Positions 55,197 to 64,000 of a stretch of DNA of 64,000 nucleotides are shown here, piece after piece. The stretch comes from Planctomycetota bacterium (lineage in GTDB: Bacteria; Planctomycetota; B15-G4): positions 1 through 64,000 of the forward strand of contig JBBQUR010000013.1 in the NCBI GenBank assembly GCA_038212275.1, given 5' to 3'. The notes under the pieces are model-generated. The model was not told the origin of the DNA. It ran no database searches and was given only the letters and a program-made list of their open reading frames with translations. The position numbers were made by a program, and so were the translations under genes. Within the stretch, counting starts at the first letter, position 1. Every line of letters begins with the position of its first letter.

Positions 55197-56375
55197 ATGC
55201 CACGCCGCCCACTGCTTGCCATGCTCCAGTCCTGCGCGCCAACAGCCGCGCTCATCTGCCTGCTGTCGTGCGCTCCTGCGGCCGGGCAGGCCGCTGCTCC
55301 GGCGCCAGCCCCGGCCCCGGCACCTTCGGCGCCGGCACCTGTCGCCGAGCCCCAGGCCGTGCTGGTGAGTCTCCTGGCCGAACCCGCAATCGTGGACTTC
55401 GGTGACGTGTTCGACGGCGAACCCGCCCGGTCGACGGTCAAGTTCACCAACACGTCGAAGGCTGACTGGGCCGTCTCCAAGGTCGCCACGACCTGCGGCT
55501 GCACTGTCGCGACAGTGCACGGTCCCGACGGCGCCGAACTCCCGGCGCATCCCGTGGACCCCAACTTTCCCATGGTCACGCTCAAGCCGGGCGAGTCGCT
55601 CGTCGTGGACGTCGAGATGATGACCACGAACCAGCACGGAGCCGTCGAGAAGGGGCTGCAGGTTTACCCTGTCGACCCTGCGCTGACGATGGTCACCGTG
55701 CCTGTGCGTGCCCGCGTCAGCAAGGCGTTCGCGGTCAGTCCCGACTCGCTGAACCTGCTCACCCTCAGCAAGAGCGGTCGCATCGAACGTGAAGTCGTCA
55801 TCGAGGCGCAGACATTGGGTGACTGGACGATCGACGGATTCGAGTCGGCCATCGAAGGGAAGCCCCTGCCCGACTGCATCGCCTTCGAAGTGCTCGACAA
55901 GGAAGGCAGTCGCCGCCGCATCAAGCTCGTGTCGGACGGACCGCGCCCCGTGGGCCCCATGACGGTGAAAGTGCGCGTCAAGCTCGGGCACGAAAAGGTC
56001 AAGGGCGTTGAATTCTTCGTCTACGGCGTCGTTCAGCCGGATGTCACGTTCAGCTCCGGCCATCCGCAGTTTCCGGAGAGCATCAGCTTCGACCAGATGG
56101 AGCCGGGCTCCAAGGTGACGAAGACCCTGACGATCAAGAACGGCGATCCGAGCGTGCCCTATGTGCTCGAGAGCGTGGACATTCAGTCGCCGAAACCGCA
56201 GTTTTTCGTGACCTCGATTCGAACCATCGAGGAAGGCGTCAGCTACGAGGTTGACGTCACGGCCGATGCGACGGTGGGCGACGCCTTCTTCCGCGGCAAC
56301 CTCGTGCTGCACGCCAAGCACCCGGACCTGCCGTCCCGCGTCGTGCCGTTCCACGGCTGGGTGCGAAAGGGATGA
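55197..56375 (+). CDS. DUF1573 domain-containing (Ig-like) secreted protein
   Basis: GGAGG RBS, signal peptide, DFG.V, F.N, TCGCT and LKPGES motifs. Confidence 0.85.
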   Translation: MPRRPLLAMLQSCAPTAALICLLSCAPAAGQAAAPAPAPAPAPSAPAPVAEPQAVLVSLLAEPAIVDFGDVFDGEPARSTVKFTNTSKADWAVSKVATTCGCTVATVHGPDGAELPAHPVDPNFPMVTLKPGESLVVDVEMMTTNQHGAVEKGLQVYPVDPALTMVTVPVRARVSKAFAVSPDSLNLLTLSKSGRIEREVVIEAQTLGDWTIDGFESAIEGKPLPDCIAFEVLDKEGSRRRIKLVSDGPRPVGPMTVKVRVKLGHEKVKGVEFFVYGVVQPDVTFSSGHPQFPESISFDQMEPGSKVTKTLTIKNGDPSVPYVLESVDIQSPKPQFFVTSIRTIEEGVSYEVDVTADATVGDAFFRGNLVLHAKHPDLPSRVVPFHGWVRKG

Positions 56376-56439
56376 TCGGTCTGCCGCGCGCCAAGGCCCT
56401 GCCCTCGGCCTGCGGCGCAGCCCCGGTCAGCGAGACGTC

Positions 56440-58050
56440 ATGATCACGGAACCCGGCGGGCGACGCATGCGGCGGCGCCCGACCGTGAGCAGCATGCCAA
56501 TCGCCGCGCTGGCGCTCGGACTGGTCGCGCTCCTCGGCAGCCAGATCGGTCTGGCAGGCTGCAGCGAACTGGTCGGGGACGAGGCACTCACGCTGATCCT
56601 CGTGTCGGTCGACACCACCCGACCGGATCACCTGTCCGCCTGCGGCTACTCGAAATCCACGACACCCACCCTGGCACGGCTGGCGAGCGAAGGCGCGGTG
56701 TTGACGAACATGCGTTCGTCGACCTCCTGGACCCTGCCCTCGCACATGTCGCTGTTCACGGGCCAGCCGCCCGCGGTGCACGACGTGGTCATCGATTTCA
56801 GGCGCCTCGACGCCAGCCGCCGCACGATGGGCGAGATCTTCCACGATGCCGGCTTCCGCACGATGGGAGTCTTCTCGGCGCCTTACGTGCACGGTCATTT
56901 CGGCTTTGCGCGCGGCATGGACTTCTACGAGCGGGCCACGCAGGACCCGATGATGTTCGACCTGACCTCCGAGCAGATGAAGGCGCAGCTCGGGATGCTC
57001 GAACGACGGTCTCACACGGAAGTGACCAGCAGCCTCGTCGTGGATCGCGCGCTGAACATGATGGAGCACATGGCGCGCGACAGGAATCTCCTGTTCCTGC
57101 ACTTCTTCGACCCCCACTACGATTACAACGCGCCGCCGCGCTTCCTGAAAGCCTTCGCCGACCCGGCGTACCGCGGTCCCGTGACAGGCCACAACGTGAC
57201 CGATCCGAACATCGTGCACGACGGCATGCCGGCAGAGGATCTCGCTCAAGTGGAGGCCCTGTACGACGCCGAGATCGCCTACGTGGACGACAACCTGCGC
57301 CGACTCATCGAGATGATCGAGGCGTCACCCCGCGCGAAGCAGACCGTGCTCATCGTCACGAGCGACCATGGAGAGGAGTTCTTCGAGCACGGCCGCTACG
57401 GGCATCGGGCGACGCTCGACGACGAGGTCATCCGCGTGCCGTGCATCGTGTGGGCGCCAGGTCGCGTGGCGCCCGGCACCGTGGTGGATGCGGAAGTCGC
57501 GAACTACGACATCCTCCCGACGATGATGGACTACGCCGGCATTCCGCCGGAGCCGGGCATCTACGGCCGCAGCCTGCGCCCGCTCATCGAAGGCCACGCC
57601 CTGCCGCCGCGGCCGGTCACGTCGGCACTGTCCTCCTTTCCGCCGGATCCGAAGGGCTTCTTCGTGCAGCTCGACTCCATGGTGTTCCACGGTCTCAAGC
57701 TGATCCGCACCATCCATGTCCCGTGGAACACCACCAATGAGCGCGACCTCGGCGGCACGCCCGACCCCACCACCGAAAAGATCGAGATCTTCGACCTCGG
57801 CCTGGACCCGCAGGAATTGCACGACCTCGCCGGGTCCGATGACCCTCGGCTCCCCGACCTCCTCCGGGCCTTCGATGCGGAGCACGCCAGCCAGGCCGCC
57901 GCGCACGATGCCATCCAACCTCGAGGCGCCGGCGAGGACCCGTTCAAGGATCTGACGCAGAGGGAACTGCTGCAGAGCGTCGGCTACCTCGAGGGGCCAA
58001 GCGGTGCCCATGCCTCCGGAACGGCGCGACCTGACGGCGCCGCGCGCTGA
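56440..58050 (+). CDS. Sulfatase-like hydrolase/transferase lipoprotein (non-formylglycine WTLPSH type)
   Basis: LAGC lipobox, VDTTRPDH, SSWTLPSH.SLFTG, H.FDPH, YDAEI...D and TSDHGEEF.EHG..GH. Start uncertain. Confidence 0.88.
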   Translation: MITEPGGRRMRRRPTVSSMPIAALALGLVALLGSQIGLAGCSELVGDEALTLILVSVDTTRPDHLSACGYSKSTTPTLARLASEGAVLTNMRSSTSWTLPSHMSLFTGQPPAVHDVVIDFRRLDASRRTMGEIFHDAGFRTMGVFSAPYVHGHFGFARGMDFYERATQDPMMFDLTSEQMKAQLGMLERRSHTEVTSSLVVDRALNMMEHMARDRNLLFLHFFDPHYDYNAPPRFLKAFADPAYRGPVTGHNVTDPNIVHDGMPAEDLAQVEALYDAEIAYVDDNLRRLIEMIEASPRAKQTVLIVTSDHGEEFFEHGRYGHRATLDDEVIRVPCIVWAPGRVAPGTVVDAEVANYDILPTMMDYAGIPPEPGIYGRSLRPLIEGHALPPRPVTSALSSFPPDPKGFFVQLDSMVFHGLKLIRTIHVPWNTTNERDLGGTPDPTTEKIEIFDLGLDPQELHDLAGSDDPRLPDLLRAFDAEHASQAAAHDAIQPRGAGEDPFKDLTQRELLQSVGYLEGPSGAHASGTARPDGAAR

Positions 58051-59372
58051 TGACCAGGCGCCGCGGGGGCCGACGGGCGTTGGGCGTGGCCCTCCTGCTT
58101 GTCCTGCTGGAACTCTCACTTCAGGCGGCCGGGCCGCTCGTCCAGCGGCTCATGGCGAGGCGCGATCCCGATCCGTCGCCCGATGCGAGGCTGACCATCC
58201 TGTGCGTTGGTGACAGCAACACCTACGGGCTGAGCCTGCCGCAGCTGTATGCCTATCCAGCCCTGCTGCAATCGCGGCTGGAGCAGCGCTTCCACCGGCC
58301 CGTCACGGTGGCCAATCGCGGAGTGCCCGGCCACAACACGGCGCAGGTGCTCGCCGCCCTGCCTCAGGACCTGGCCGACACGCACCCGGATCTCGTGCTG
58401 GTGCTCTGCGGCATCAACGACGCCTGGAACACGTCCGGCGAGGAGCGCGGACTCGTCGGATTCTTCGAGAAGCTCAAGCTCGTGCGCCTCGTGCGCGTCC
58501 TGATGTCGGGCGTCACGACTGCGGCGCCCTTCGCGGTCCGTTCCGACGAGCGAGGCGAATTCACCGTGGACCGTGGCAAGGGCGAGGAGCGCGTCAACGT
58601 GACGTCCACGGGGCTGGCCGTGCGCGCCGGCGAGGCGCTGCAGCAGCACGTGCGCGACGGCCTGACGGCCATCGTCGACCGATGTGCGGATGCAGGCGCC
58701 ACGCCGGTGCTCATGACCTACGCGGAGTCCGAGGGCGAATTTTCAGGCATCAACGCCACGTCGCGTGCACTGGCCGACGACCGAGGCCTGCTGCTCGTGG
58801 ATCACGAGCGGGCCTTCGGGGAGCGCTTCGGCACCGAAGGCCGCGAGGCGCTCATGTTCAACGATCACCACCCCAACGTGCGCGGCTACCAGCTCATGGC
58901 GGAACGGGTCGACGCCGTGCTCACGGCGGCGGGATGGGCTCCGCCGCTGGACGATTCGGTGGCGCCCGACACGACCGCGGAGGGGCAGCCCGCAACGGAC
59001 GCCGACATGGCACCCGCGCTGCTGAAGCTTCTTCCGGACGACCGACTGCGGCTCGACGGCCCCGCGGGGACCGCCTTCCTCGTGCTGCTGTCGCACGCCC
59101 CGGCCCCCGGCGGCGGCTTCGACGTGGACGGGCTGCACGTGCCCCTGGTCGACGACGAGGTCATGGCCATGTCGCGCATGGAGCCGGGCTTCTCGGGCCG
59201 GCTCGATGCGCTGGGACACGCCGAAATCCGCATCCCGCCTCGGCTGGTCGCCGCCGCCGGAAACGCCGGTCTCGTGGCCTGCATGCTGCTGCTCCGCGAC
59301 CCGGCCGCCGCCGCGGCACCCGGCGGCAGGGCGCTCCTGAGCGCCTCGGAGATGGTCGTCGTCGTCCCCTGA
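58050..59372 (+). CDS. SGNH/GDSL hydrolase with C-terminal beta domain
   Basis: GDSNTYG, NRGVPG, GIND and DHHPN..GY blocks. TGATG coupling to the sulfatase. Confidence 0.88.
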   Translation: MTRRRGGRRALGVALLLVLLELSLQAAGPLVQRLMARRDPDPSPDARLTILCVGDSNTYGLSLPQLYAYPALLQSRLEQRFHRPVTVANRGVPGHNTAQVLAALPQDLADTHPDLVLVLCGINDAWNTSGEERGLVGFFEKLKLVRLVRVLMSGVTTAAPFAVRSDERGEFTVDRGKGEERVNVTSTGLAVRAGEALQQHVRDGLTAIVDRCADAGATPVLMTYAESEGEFSGINATSRALADDRGLLLVDHERAFGERFGTEGREALMFNDHHPNVRGYQLMAERVDAVLTAAGWAPPLDDSVAPDTTAEGQPATDADMAPALLKLLPDDRLRLDGPAGTAFLVLLSHAPAPGGGFDVDGLHVPLVDDEVMAMSRMEPGFSGRLDALGHAEIRIPPRLVAAAGNAGLVACMLLLRDPAAAAAPGGRALLSASEMVVVVP

Positions 59373-59408
59373 CCCCGCCACGGTGTGGCGTGCCGTCACG
59401 CCGACGGA

Positions 59409-59912
59409 TCAGCTCGCCAGTGCGACGCTGTCGCCGCCTCGCGCCACGACGCCGGCGAGGGCACCTTCGGCGCGCTTGAGGACGGCATCGAAGAAGATCG
59501 AGTCGTCGCCGTCCTGAGTGGCAACGCCGACGCTCGCCGAGATGCGGAGATTGCGATCATCGACGCGCACGTCGAGTCCCGCGATGCGATCGTGCAGCCG
59601 TTGCGCCAGGAGCTGCGCGCCCTTGGCATCGGTGTGCGGGAGCACGATGACGAAACGCTCGCCGAGGCGGCCCACGAAGTCGCAGCTGCGCGAATGACGA
59701 TTCAGCAGCTCCGCGACCGTGCTCTCCACCTGGTCGCGCACGGCCGATCCGTGCAGGTCGCCGAGACCGCCCAGGCGATCGATCTCGACCAGCACGCACG
59801 ACAGCTGGTACTGGTACCGGCGAGCCCTGGCGAACTCGATCTTCAAGAGGTGCAGGATCTGCGTGTAGGAAAAGACTCCTGCCTCGCCGCTGTCCCGGTC
59901 CCGTTCGTCCAT
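59409..59912 (-). CDS. Stand-alone degenerate GGDEF-domain protein
   Basis: EFARARRY..LS, RxxD (RSCD), GRLGERF in place of GGDEF, and ASVGVA. GGAG RBS. Confidence 0.8.
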   Translation of the reverse strand: MDERDRDSGEAGVFSYTQILHLLKIEFARARRYQYQLSCVLVEIDRLGGLGDLHGSAVRDQVESTVAELLNRHSRSCDFVGRLGERFVIVLPHTDAKGAQLLAQRLHDRIAGLDVRVDDRNLRISASVGVATQDGDDSIFFDAVLKRAEGALAGVVARGGDSVALAS

Positions 59913-59980
59913 GTCACTCCCTGGCGCCACCCCGTTCCGGGCATGGCGGAAGCGCGGGAGGATACCGAACGAAGGGGGCC

Positions 59981-60022
59981 CGAAAACAAAGTTGGTCCTG
60001 CCCGTGACCGGGCAGGACCAAC
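59981..60022 (-). terminator. Intrinsic terminator-like hairpin ~70 nt upstream of the GGDEF gene
   Basis: Perfect 14-bp stem GTTGGTCCTGCCCG / CGGGCAGGACCAAC (59991-60022), followed on minus by TTTGTTTT. Confidence 0.7.
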
Positions 60023-60140
60023 ACGTTCCAGTCGGAAGCCCATAGGGCTGGAGATGGCGGTTGGGGAGGGAAAAACTGCTCTAGCCCTACACTCCTCCGA
60101 CTCGGATTCATTCGGAGCCACGCCGACTCGTCCGCGCGGC
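59981..60140 (-). ncRNA. Candidate small RNA or attenuator leader (~160 nt)
   Basis: Promoter upstream, a long irregular hairpin with C-rich loop (TTTCCCTCCCC), then a terminator. Confidence 0.45.
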
Positions 60141-60146
60141 AGCCGA

Positions 60147-60175
60147 ATAGTGCCTCCCCCCTCCGCGGCTGTCAA
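60147..60175 (-). promoter_or_regulatory. Sigma70-type promoter candidate
   Basis: TTGACA (60175-60170) - N17 - CACTAT on the minus strand. Confidence 0.45.
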
Positions 60176-60381
60176 CTCGCCCACAGGCTGCTGACAGGTT
60201 ATCCACCGTGTCGTCGGCGCCGCATTCCTCAGCTGGGACGGCACAAGCACCTGCTGATCAAGCACTTGCGAATAGTCTGAGAGGGCACCCGTCGTGCGGC
60301 CCCAGCCGCCAGGCCCGACACCGCGGTGAGCCGCTTCGCATCGCGCCGTGCTCGCGGGCCACGGCACCAGCGGACGTCCAG

Positions 60382-61461
60382 TCAGGGGCTGCGGGGTGGT
60401 GCCACCGGCTGGTCGGCAGGTGCGAGCGGCGCCGGCGGGTACGCGCCGCCGGCCGCGGGTGGTGCCGTCGTGGCGGCCGACAGATTGCGCATGTCCTCCA
60501 CGACGGCGAGGAAGTCGGGTCGCTCCCGCAAGCTTGCGAGGTCGCCGTCCTCGAGCATCCAGGCGACGTCCGTGAAGCCGACCGCGTAGGCGGACCGCAA
60601 GTGAGCCAGCGCCTCCTCGGGCCTGTTCGACAACGCGGCGATGCAGGCGAGGTTGTAGTGGGCCCAGCGTGTCTCGCGCATTCCCGGAAGTGCATCGCAG
60701 AGCTTGTGGAACCACTCGCCGGCATGCACGAAATCGTCGAACTGCTGGTAGTGGTAGCCGATGTCGAAGATCACCTGCCGCTTGAAGTTGATCGTGGGCG
60801 AGTAGTCGTTCGGGATGCTCGGATCGAGCAGCATCGCCATGTCGCGGTGGATGTAGTGCTCCATCACGCGGATCTTCTCGAGCACGGCATCCGGTTGGCC
60901 GTCCTTGGCAAGGGCGAAGCGCGCATGCTGGCTGAGGTCGGCGGCACGAACGGCCAGCACGAGCGCTGGATCGTCCGTCGCAAAACGCTCGTTCCAGGCC
61001 TGCAGTTCGATGCCGAACTCCTGCTCCGGCGACAGCAGCAGGGGCGCCAGCGCGGTGGCCAGGGACTCGCCGCTGGCCGCCTCCTGCATCGCCATGACCG
61101 CCATGATGCGCAGGACGTGCTGCATGGACGGCTCGGCGGCGACGGCCGCCAGTTCATCGAAGCGCCCTGCCGTGCTCTTGAACTGCCCGTCGAAGAAACC
61201 CGGCACGCCGCCATCGCGCAATCCGGCTGCCAGCTCGAGAGCCACGGAAGGGATCTCGTCGAGCGGGCCCGGCTGCCGCGCCGTCGTGCCACGCTCCAGA
61301 TACCAGGGCGAGTCCGGCTGACCCGCCCCCGGCGCGCCGGCCGATGGCCCCGGAGCGCCGGAAGCGGGCGCCCCGACCTGCGCAAGGCCAGGCCCCGAGC
61401 CGGCCGCCTGCAGGACCATCGTGAGCATCGACACCACCAGCCGTCGTCGCATCGTGGTCAC
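60382..61461 (-). CDS. Secreted protein with C-terminal TPR (end-of-group type) domain
   Basis: GAGGAG RBS, signal peptide and HYNLAC..AL....EEAL..L..A...GF.D..W+.ED.DL.SLR motif. Confidence 0.8.
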   Translation of the reverse strand: MTTMRRRLVVSMLTMVLQAAGSGPGLAQVGAPASGAPGPSAGAPGAGQPDSPWYLERGTTARQPGPLDEIPSVALELAAGLRDGGVPGFFDGQFKSTAGRFDELAAVAAEPSMQHVLRIMAVMAMQEAASGESLATALAPLLLSPEQEFGIELQAWNERFATDDPALVLAVRAADLSQHARFALAKDGQPDAVLEKIRVMEHYIHRDMAMLLDPSIPNDYSPTINFKRQVIFDIGYHYQQFDDFVHAGEWFHKLCDALPGMRETRWAHYNLACIAALSNRPEEALAHLRSAYAVGFTDVAWMLEDGDLASLRERPDFLAVVEDMRNLSAATTAPPAAGGAYPPAPLAPADQPVAPPRSP

Positions 61462-61476
61462 GCCGGACTCCTCACT

Positions 61477-62745
61477 TCAGGGAACGTGCACGCGCAGGTA
61501 GCGCCGCTTGCCCGCCTGCAGCAGATAGCCTGCGCCGCGGGCGAGGCGCTGCTGTTCGTCGACGACGCGCACGCCGTCCACCCGCACGCCGCCATCCTTG
61601 ATGAGCCTGCGCGCTGCGGAGGATGACTCGGCAAGGCCGCCGTGCGTCAGCACGCGCACGATCCACGCGCCCCCTGCCTCCAGCAGCTCCTCGGGCAGCG
61701 TGATCTCCTCGATCACGTCCGGCAGCCCCTTGTCACGGAACATGCGGTCGAACTCGGAGGCGGCGCCGGCGGCCGCATCCTCGCCGTGGAAGCGCTCGAC
61801 GATCGCCGTCGCCAGGGCAGCCTTGGCGTCGCGTGGCGAACCGGCCAGCAGCTCTGCGACACGCCCCGGCGGGAGCTCCGTCGCAAGCGCGAACCACTCG
61901 GGCATCAACGGATCCGGCAGGCTCATCGTCTTGCCGAACATGTCGCGCGGAGCGTCCGTGATCCCGATGCAGTTGCCGAGACTCTTGGACATCTTCGCGC
62001 TGCCGTCGAGACCGGTGAGGATCGGCAGCGTGACGCACACCTGTGCTTCCATGCCCGCCTCGCGCATGAGGTCGCGCCCCACGAGCAGGTTGAAGGTCTG
62101 ATCGGTCCCGCCGATCTCGATGTCTGCGCGCACCTCGACCGAATCCTTCGCCTGCATGAGCGGGTAGAGCAGCTCGTGGATGCCGACGGGGATGCCCGCC
62201 TTCATGCGCTCCGCGAAGGTGTCGCGTTCGAGCATGCGCGCCACCGTCATCCAGGAGCCGAGCTTGATCGCATCCATGAACGTCATGCTGGAGAACCAGG
62301 CGTTGTTGTAGACGACCTCGACTCCGTCCATGTCGAGCAGCAGGCGGGCCTGCTCGAAGTAGGTCCGCGCGTTCTGGGCCACCTGTTCGGCGCTGAGCTG
62401 CGGGCGCGTGAGGTTCTTGCCGGACGGATCGCCGACCCGCGCCGTCGCGTCGCCGATGATGAGCACCGGCACGTGCCCGAGTCGCTGCAGGCGGCGCAGG
62501 TAGCGGAGCTGCACCGCGTGCCCGATGTGAAGATCCGGCGAGGACGGGTCCACGCCCAGCTTCACGCGCAACGGCCGGCCGAGCGCAAGCTTGGCCTGCA
62601 GGTCCTCGCGCGTGTTGCAGGCCACCGTGCCCTGCAGGATCTCCTGGACGGCGGACTCCACGGCCTCCGCGCGCCGCACACCGGCGGCCCCCGCGGCCCC
62701 GGCGGCCCCGGCGGCACCCGCGGCATCCGCGGCATCCGGATTCAG
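61477..62745 (-). CDS. tyrS: Tyrosine--tRNA ligase
   Basis: KLGVDP, HIGH, YPLMQA.DS, GGTDQ.FNL, KMSKS and a C-terminal S4 domain. Start uncertain (CTG 62745 or GTG 62679). Confidence 0.95.
   Translation of the reverse strand: MNPDAADAAGAAGAAGAAGAAGVRRAEAVESAVQEILQGTVACNTREDLQAKLALGRPLRVKLGVDPSSPDLHIGHAVQLRYLRRLQRLGHVPVLIIGDATARVGDPSGKNLTRPQLSAEQVAQNARTYFEQARLLLDMDGVEVVYNNAWFSSMTFMDAIKLGSWMTVARMLERDTFAERMKAGIPVGIHELLYPLMQAKDSVEVRADIEIGGTDQTFNLLVGRDLMREAGMEAQVCVTLPILTGLDGSAKMSKSLGNCIGITDAPRDMFGKTMSLPDPLMPEWFALATELPPGRVAELLAGSPRDAKAALATAIVERFHGEDAAAGAASEFDRMFRDKGLPDVIEEITLPEELLEAGGAWIVRVLTHGGLAESSSAARRLIKDGGVRVDGVRVVDEQQRLARGAGYLLQAGKRRYLRVHVP
62681..62734. repeat. Imperfect 9-bp tandem repeat x6
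   Basis: Units ccggcggcc/cccgcggcc/ccggcggcc/ccggcggca/cccgcggca/tccgcggca; reads DAADAAGAAGAAGAAG in the tyrS frame. Confidence 0.75.
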
Positions 62746-63641
62746 AGGCCGCCCTCCGTCGGAGCGGCCGGCGCCGTGGGATGGCTCGGCGCCGCCTGAC
62801 GCCGGTCGTTCGCTGCTGCGCGTGCCTTCCACCAGGTGCTCCAGCGGTAGATGTCGCGACCGTGCGTTTCGCCGGTCAGGTAGAGGAGAGCCGCGAACAC
62901 TGCGCCCCGCGCCGGCTCCGGCGTCGCGGGCAGCGCCTCGATGAGCGTGGCGAGAGTCCCCTCGCGACGATCCGCCGGCGCGCTGGCGGCGCTCAGGAAG
63001 ATACCCGGCACGGACAGCGATTGCAGGTGCTGCGCCAACGTTCCGGGCGGCACCTCGGCAAGGCTCTCGAGCGTCACCACGGGCAGCGGGAGCAGCGTGC
63101 CGCCGGTGTGGCACGTCTCCTGACGCAGGTCGATGCCGATGATGCGTGCGCGGACGACGACTCGCCGGGCCAGCACTTTCTCGGCGGGCGGCAAGCTCAC
63201 GACGCTTTCCACCACGAGCGGCGCACCCGCCTGCGCGACGCCGGACTTCACGAACGGCACGATGAATCGTTCCGAGTGGCCGAGACTGCGCGGCTCTGCG
63301 CCCTCGAAGTCGGTCCAGGTCACGTCGAGATCCAGCACGCTGGCCTCGTCCGGAGTCGTGGGGTCGCTGCGGATGCCGACCACCTCGACCGGCAGCACTT
63401 CCGTGGTGGACAGGGTCACGCGAGTGGCGAGCCGCACGGCCGGACCACCGTCCAGCGCCGCGAGCTGGATGCGGGCGGACACGGGGACAGCCACAAGAGG
63501 CAGGACCACCGCAGGCGGCGGCGACTCGCAGGCCAGCGCCGTGAGCGCCATCGCGAGACAGGCCGCCGACACGCGCCGTCCGGCGATCGCGGACAGGGCC
63601 GCGATCGCCGGGCGTGCGCCTGGATCAGCCGCTGGCGCCAT
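62742..63641 (-). CDS. Hypothetical lipoprotein
   Basis: Lipobox ALAC and a C-terminal HEAT-like L..LTG.....D...W..WW motif. Lies between rpsA and tyrS. Confidence 0.65.
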   Translation of the reverse strand: MAPAADPGARPAIAALSAIAGRRVSAACLAMALTALACESPPPAVVLPLVAVPVSARIQLAALDGGPAVRLATRVTLSTTEVLPVEVVGIRSDPTTPDEASVLDLDVTWTDFEGAEPRSLGHSERFIVPFVKSGVAQAGAPLVVESVVSLPPAEKVLARRVVVRARIIGIDLRQETCHTGGTLLPLPVVTLESLAEVPPGTLAQHLQSLSVPGIFLSAASAPADRREGTLATLIEALPATPEPARGAVFAALLYLTGETHGRDIYRWSTWWKARAAANDRRQAAPSHPTAPAAPTEGGL

Positions 63642-64000
63642 CGTCGGCAGCGCCCGACGTCTGTCCTTCGGCGGCCTCGCCCTCACCGGCCTCGCCGCCG
63701 CTGACCTCCGCCGTCTCCGGCTCGTCCTTCGGCGGGTTGGGGTCCGTGAGGTAGCTGTGCTGCGGCACGCCGAGCATCGAGAGGCCGATCTTGCGCTCCT
63801 CGGTGTCGACCTTGAGCACGCGCACGTCCACGAGCTGGCCGATCTTCACGACCTCCTCGGGCGACTCGACCTTGCGGTCCGTGAGCTCCGAGATGTGCAG
63901 CAGGCCTTCGAGGCCGTCTTCCAGCGAGACGAACACGCCGAAGTTGGTGACCTTGGTCACGCGGCCGGCCACGATGTCGCCCGGGCCGTAACGGCGCGGG
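63625..64000 (-). CDS. rpsA: 30S ribosomal protein S1 (3' end, truncated by the window)
   Basis: S1 repeat GRVTKVTNFGVFV.LE.GLEGLLHISEL...KIGLS. Confidence 0.9.
   Translation of the reverse strand, partial: PRRYGPGDIVAGRVTKVTNFGVFVSLEDGLEGLLHISELTDRKVESPEEVVKIGQLVDVRVLKVDTEERKIGLSMLGVPQHSYLTDPNPPKDEPETAEVSGGEAGEGEAAEGQTSGAADDGASG

Noticed and set aside
60199..60207. DnaA-box-like TTATCCACC
   Set aside because: It is a single 8/9 match with no box cluster, AT-rich unwinding element or dnaA/dnaN context
1..64000. tRNA, rRNA, CRISPR arrays, prophage and defence systems
   Set aside because: I recognised no cloverleaf/T-loop pattern, regularly spaced repeats, cas, integrase or phage genes. tRNAscan and Infernal were not run.

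Overview
This is a gene-dense, high-GC (~70% by eye) bacterial chromosome segment. Its gene content (HGGQYxGP HEAT proteins, secreted proteins with an 'SNA-x5-P' C-terminal domain, DUF1573, TPR and HEAT lipoproteins) suggests a Planctomycetota-type genome, which is an inference. It carries about 52 CDS. Core and metabolic genes: egtD plus an EgtB/Egt1-type sulfoxide synthase, pilT, a PTPS-III-type pterin synthase, pcp, rarA, arginase, bacilliredoxin, ino1, purM, dxr-rseP, a CCA-adding enzyme, miaA, an M16 peptidase pair, pcnB, NAD kinase, tyrS and the 3' end of rpsA. A lower-GC stretch (~21-33.5 kb) contains an IS4-family element flanked by inverted rather than direct repeats, as if inserted at the centre of a palindrome. 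Other notable signals: (1) a structured ~160-nt non-coding element with promoter and terminator upstream of a degenerate GGDEF gene; (2) a second ~175-nt structured intergenic element; (3) a C-terminal domain shared by three unrelated secreted proteins; (4) a three-domain amidohydrolase fusion; (5) PcnB with an RNase E-like Arg-rich disordered tail; (6) dispersed ebo-like genes; (7) many apparently leaderless promoters. I recognised no tRNA, rRNA or CRISPR array. All calls come from reading motifs by eye; no database searches were run.
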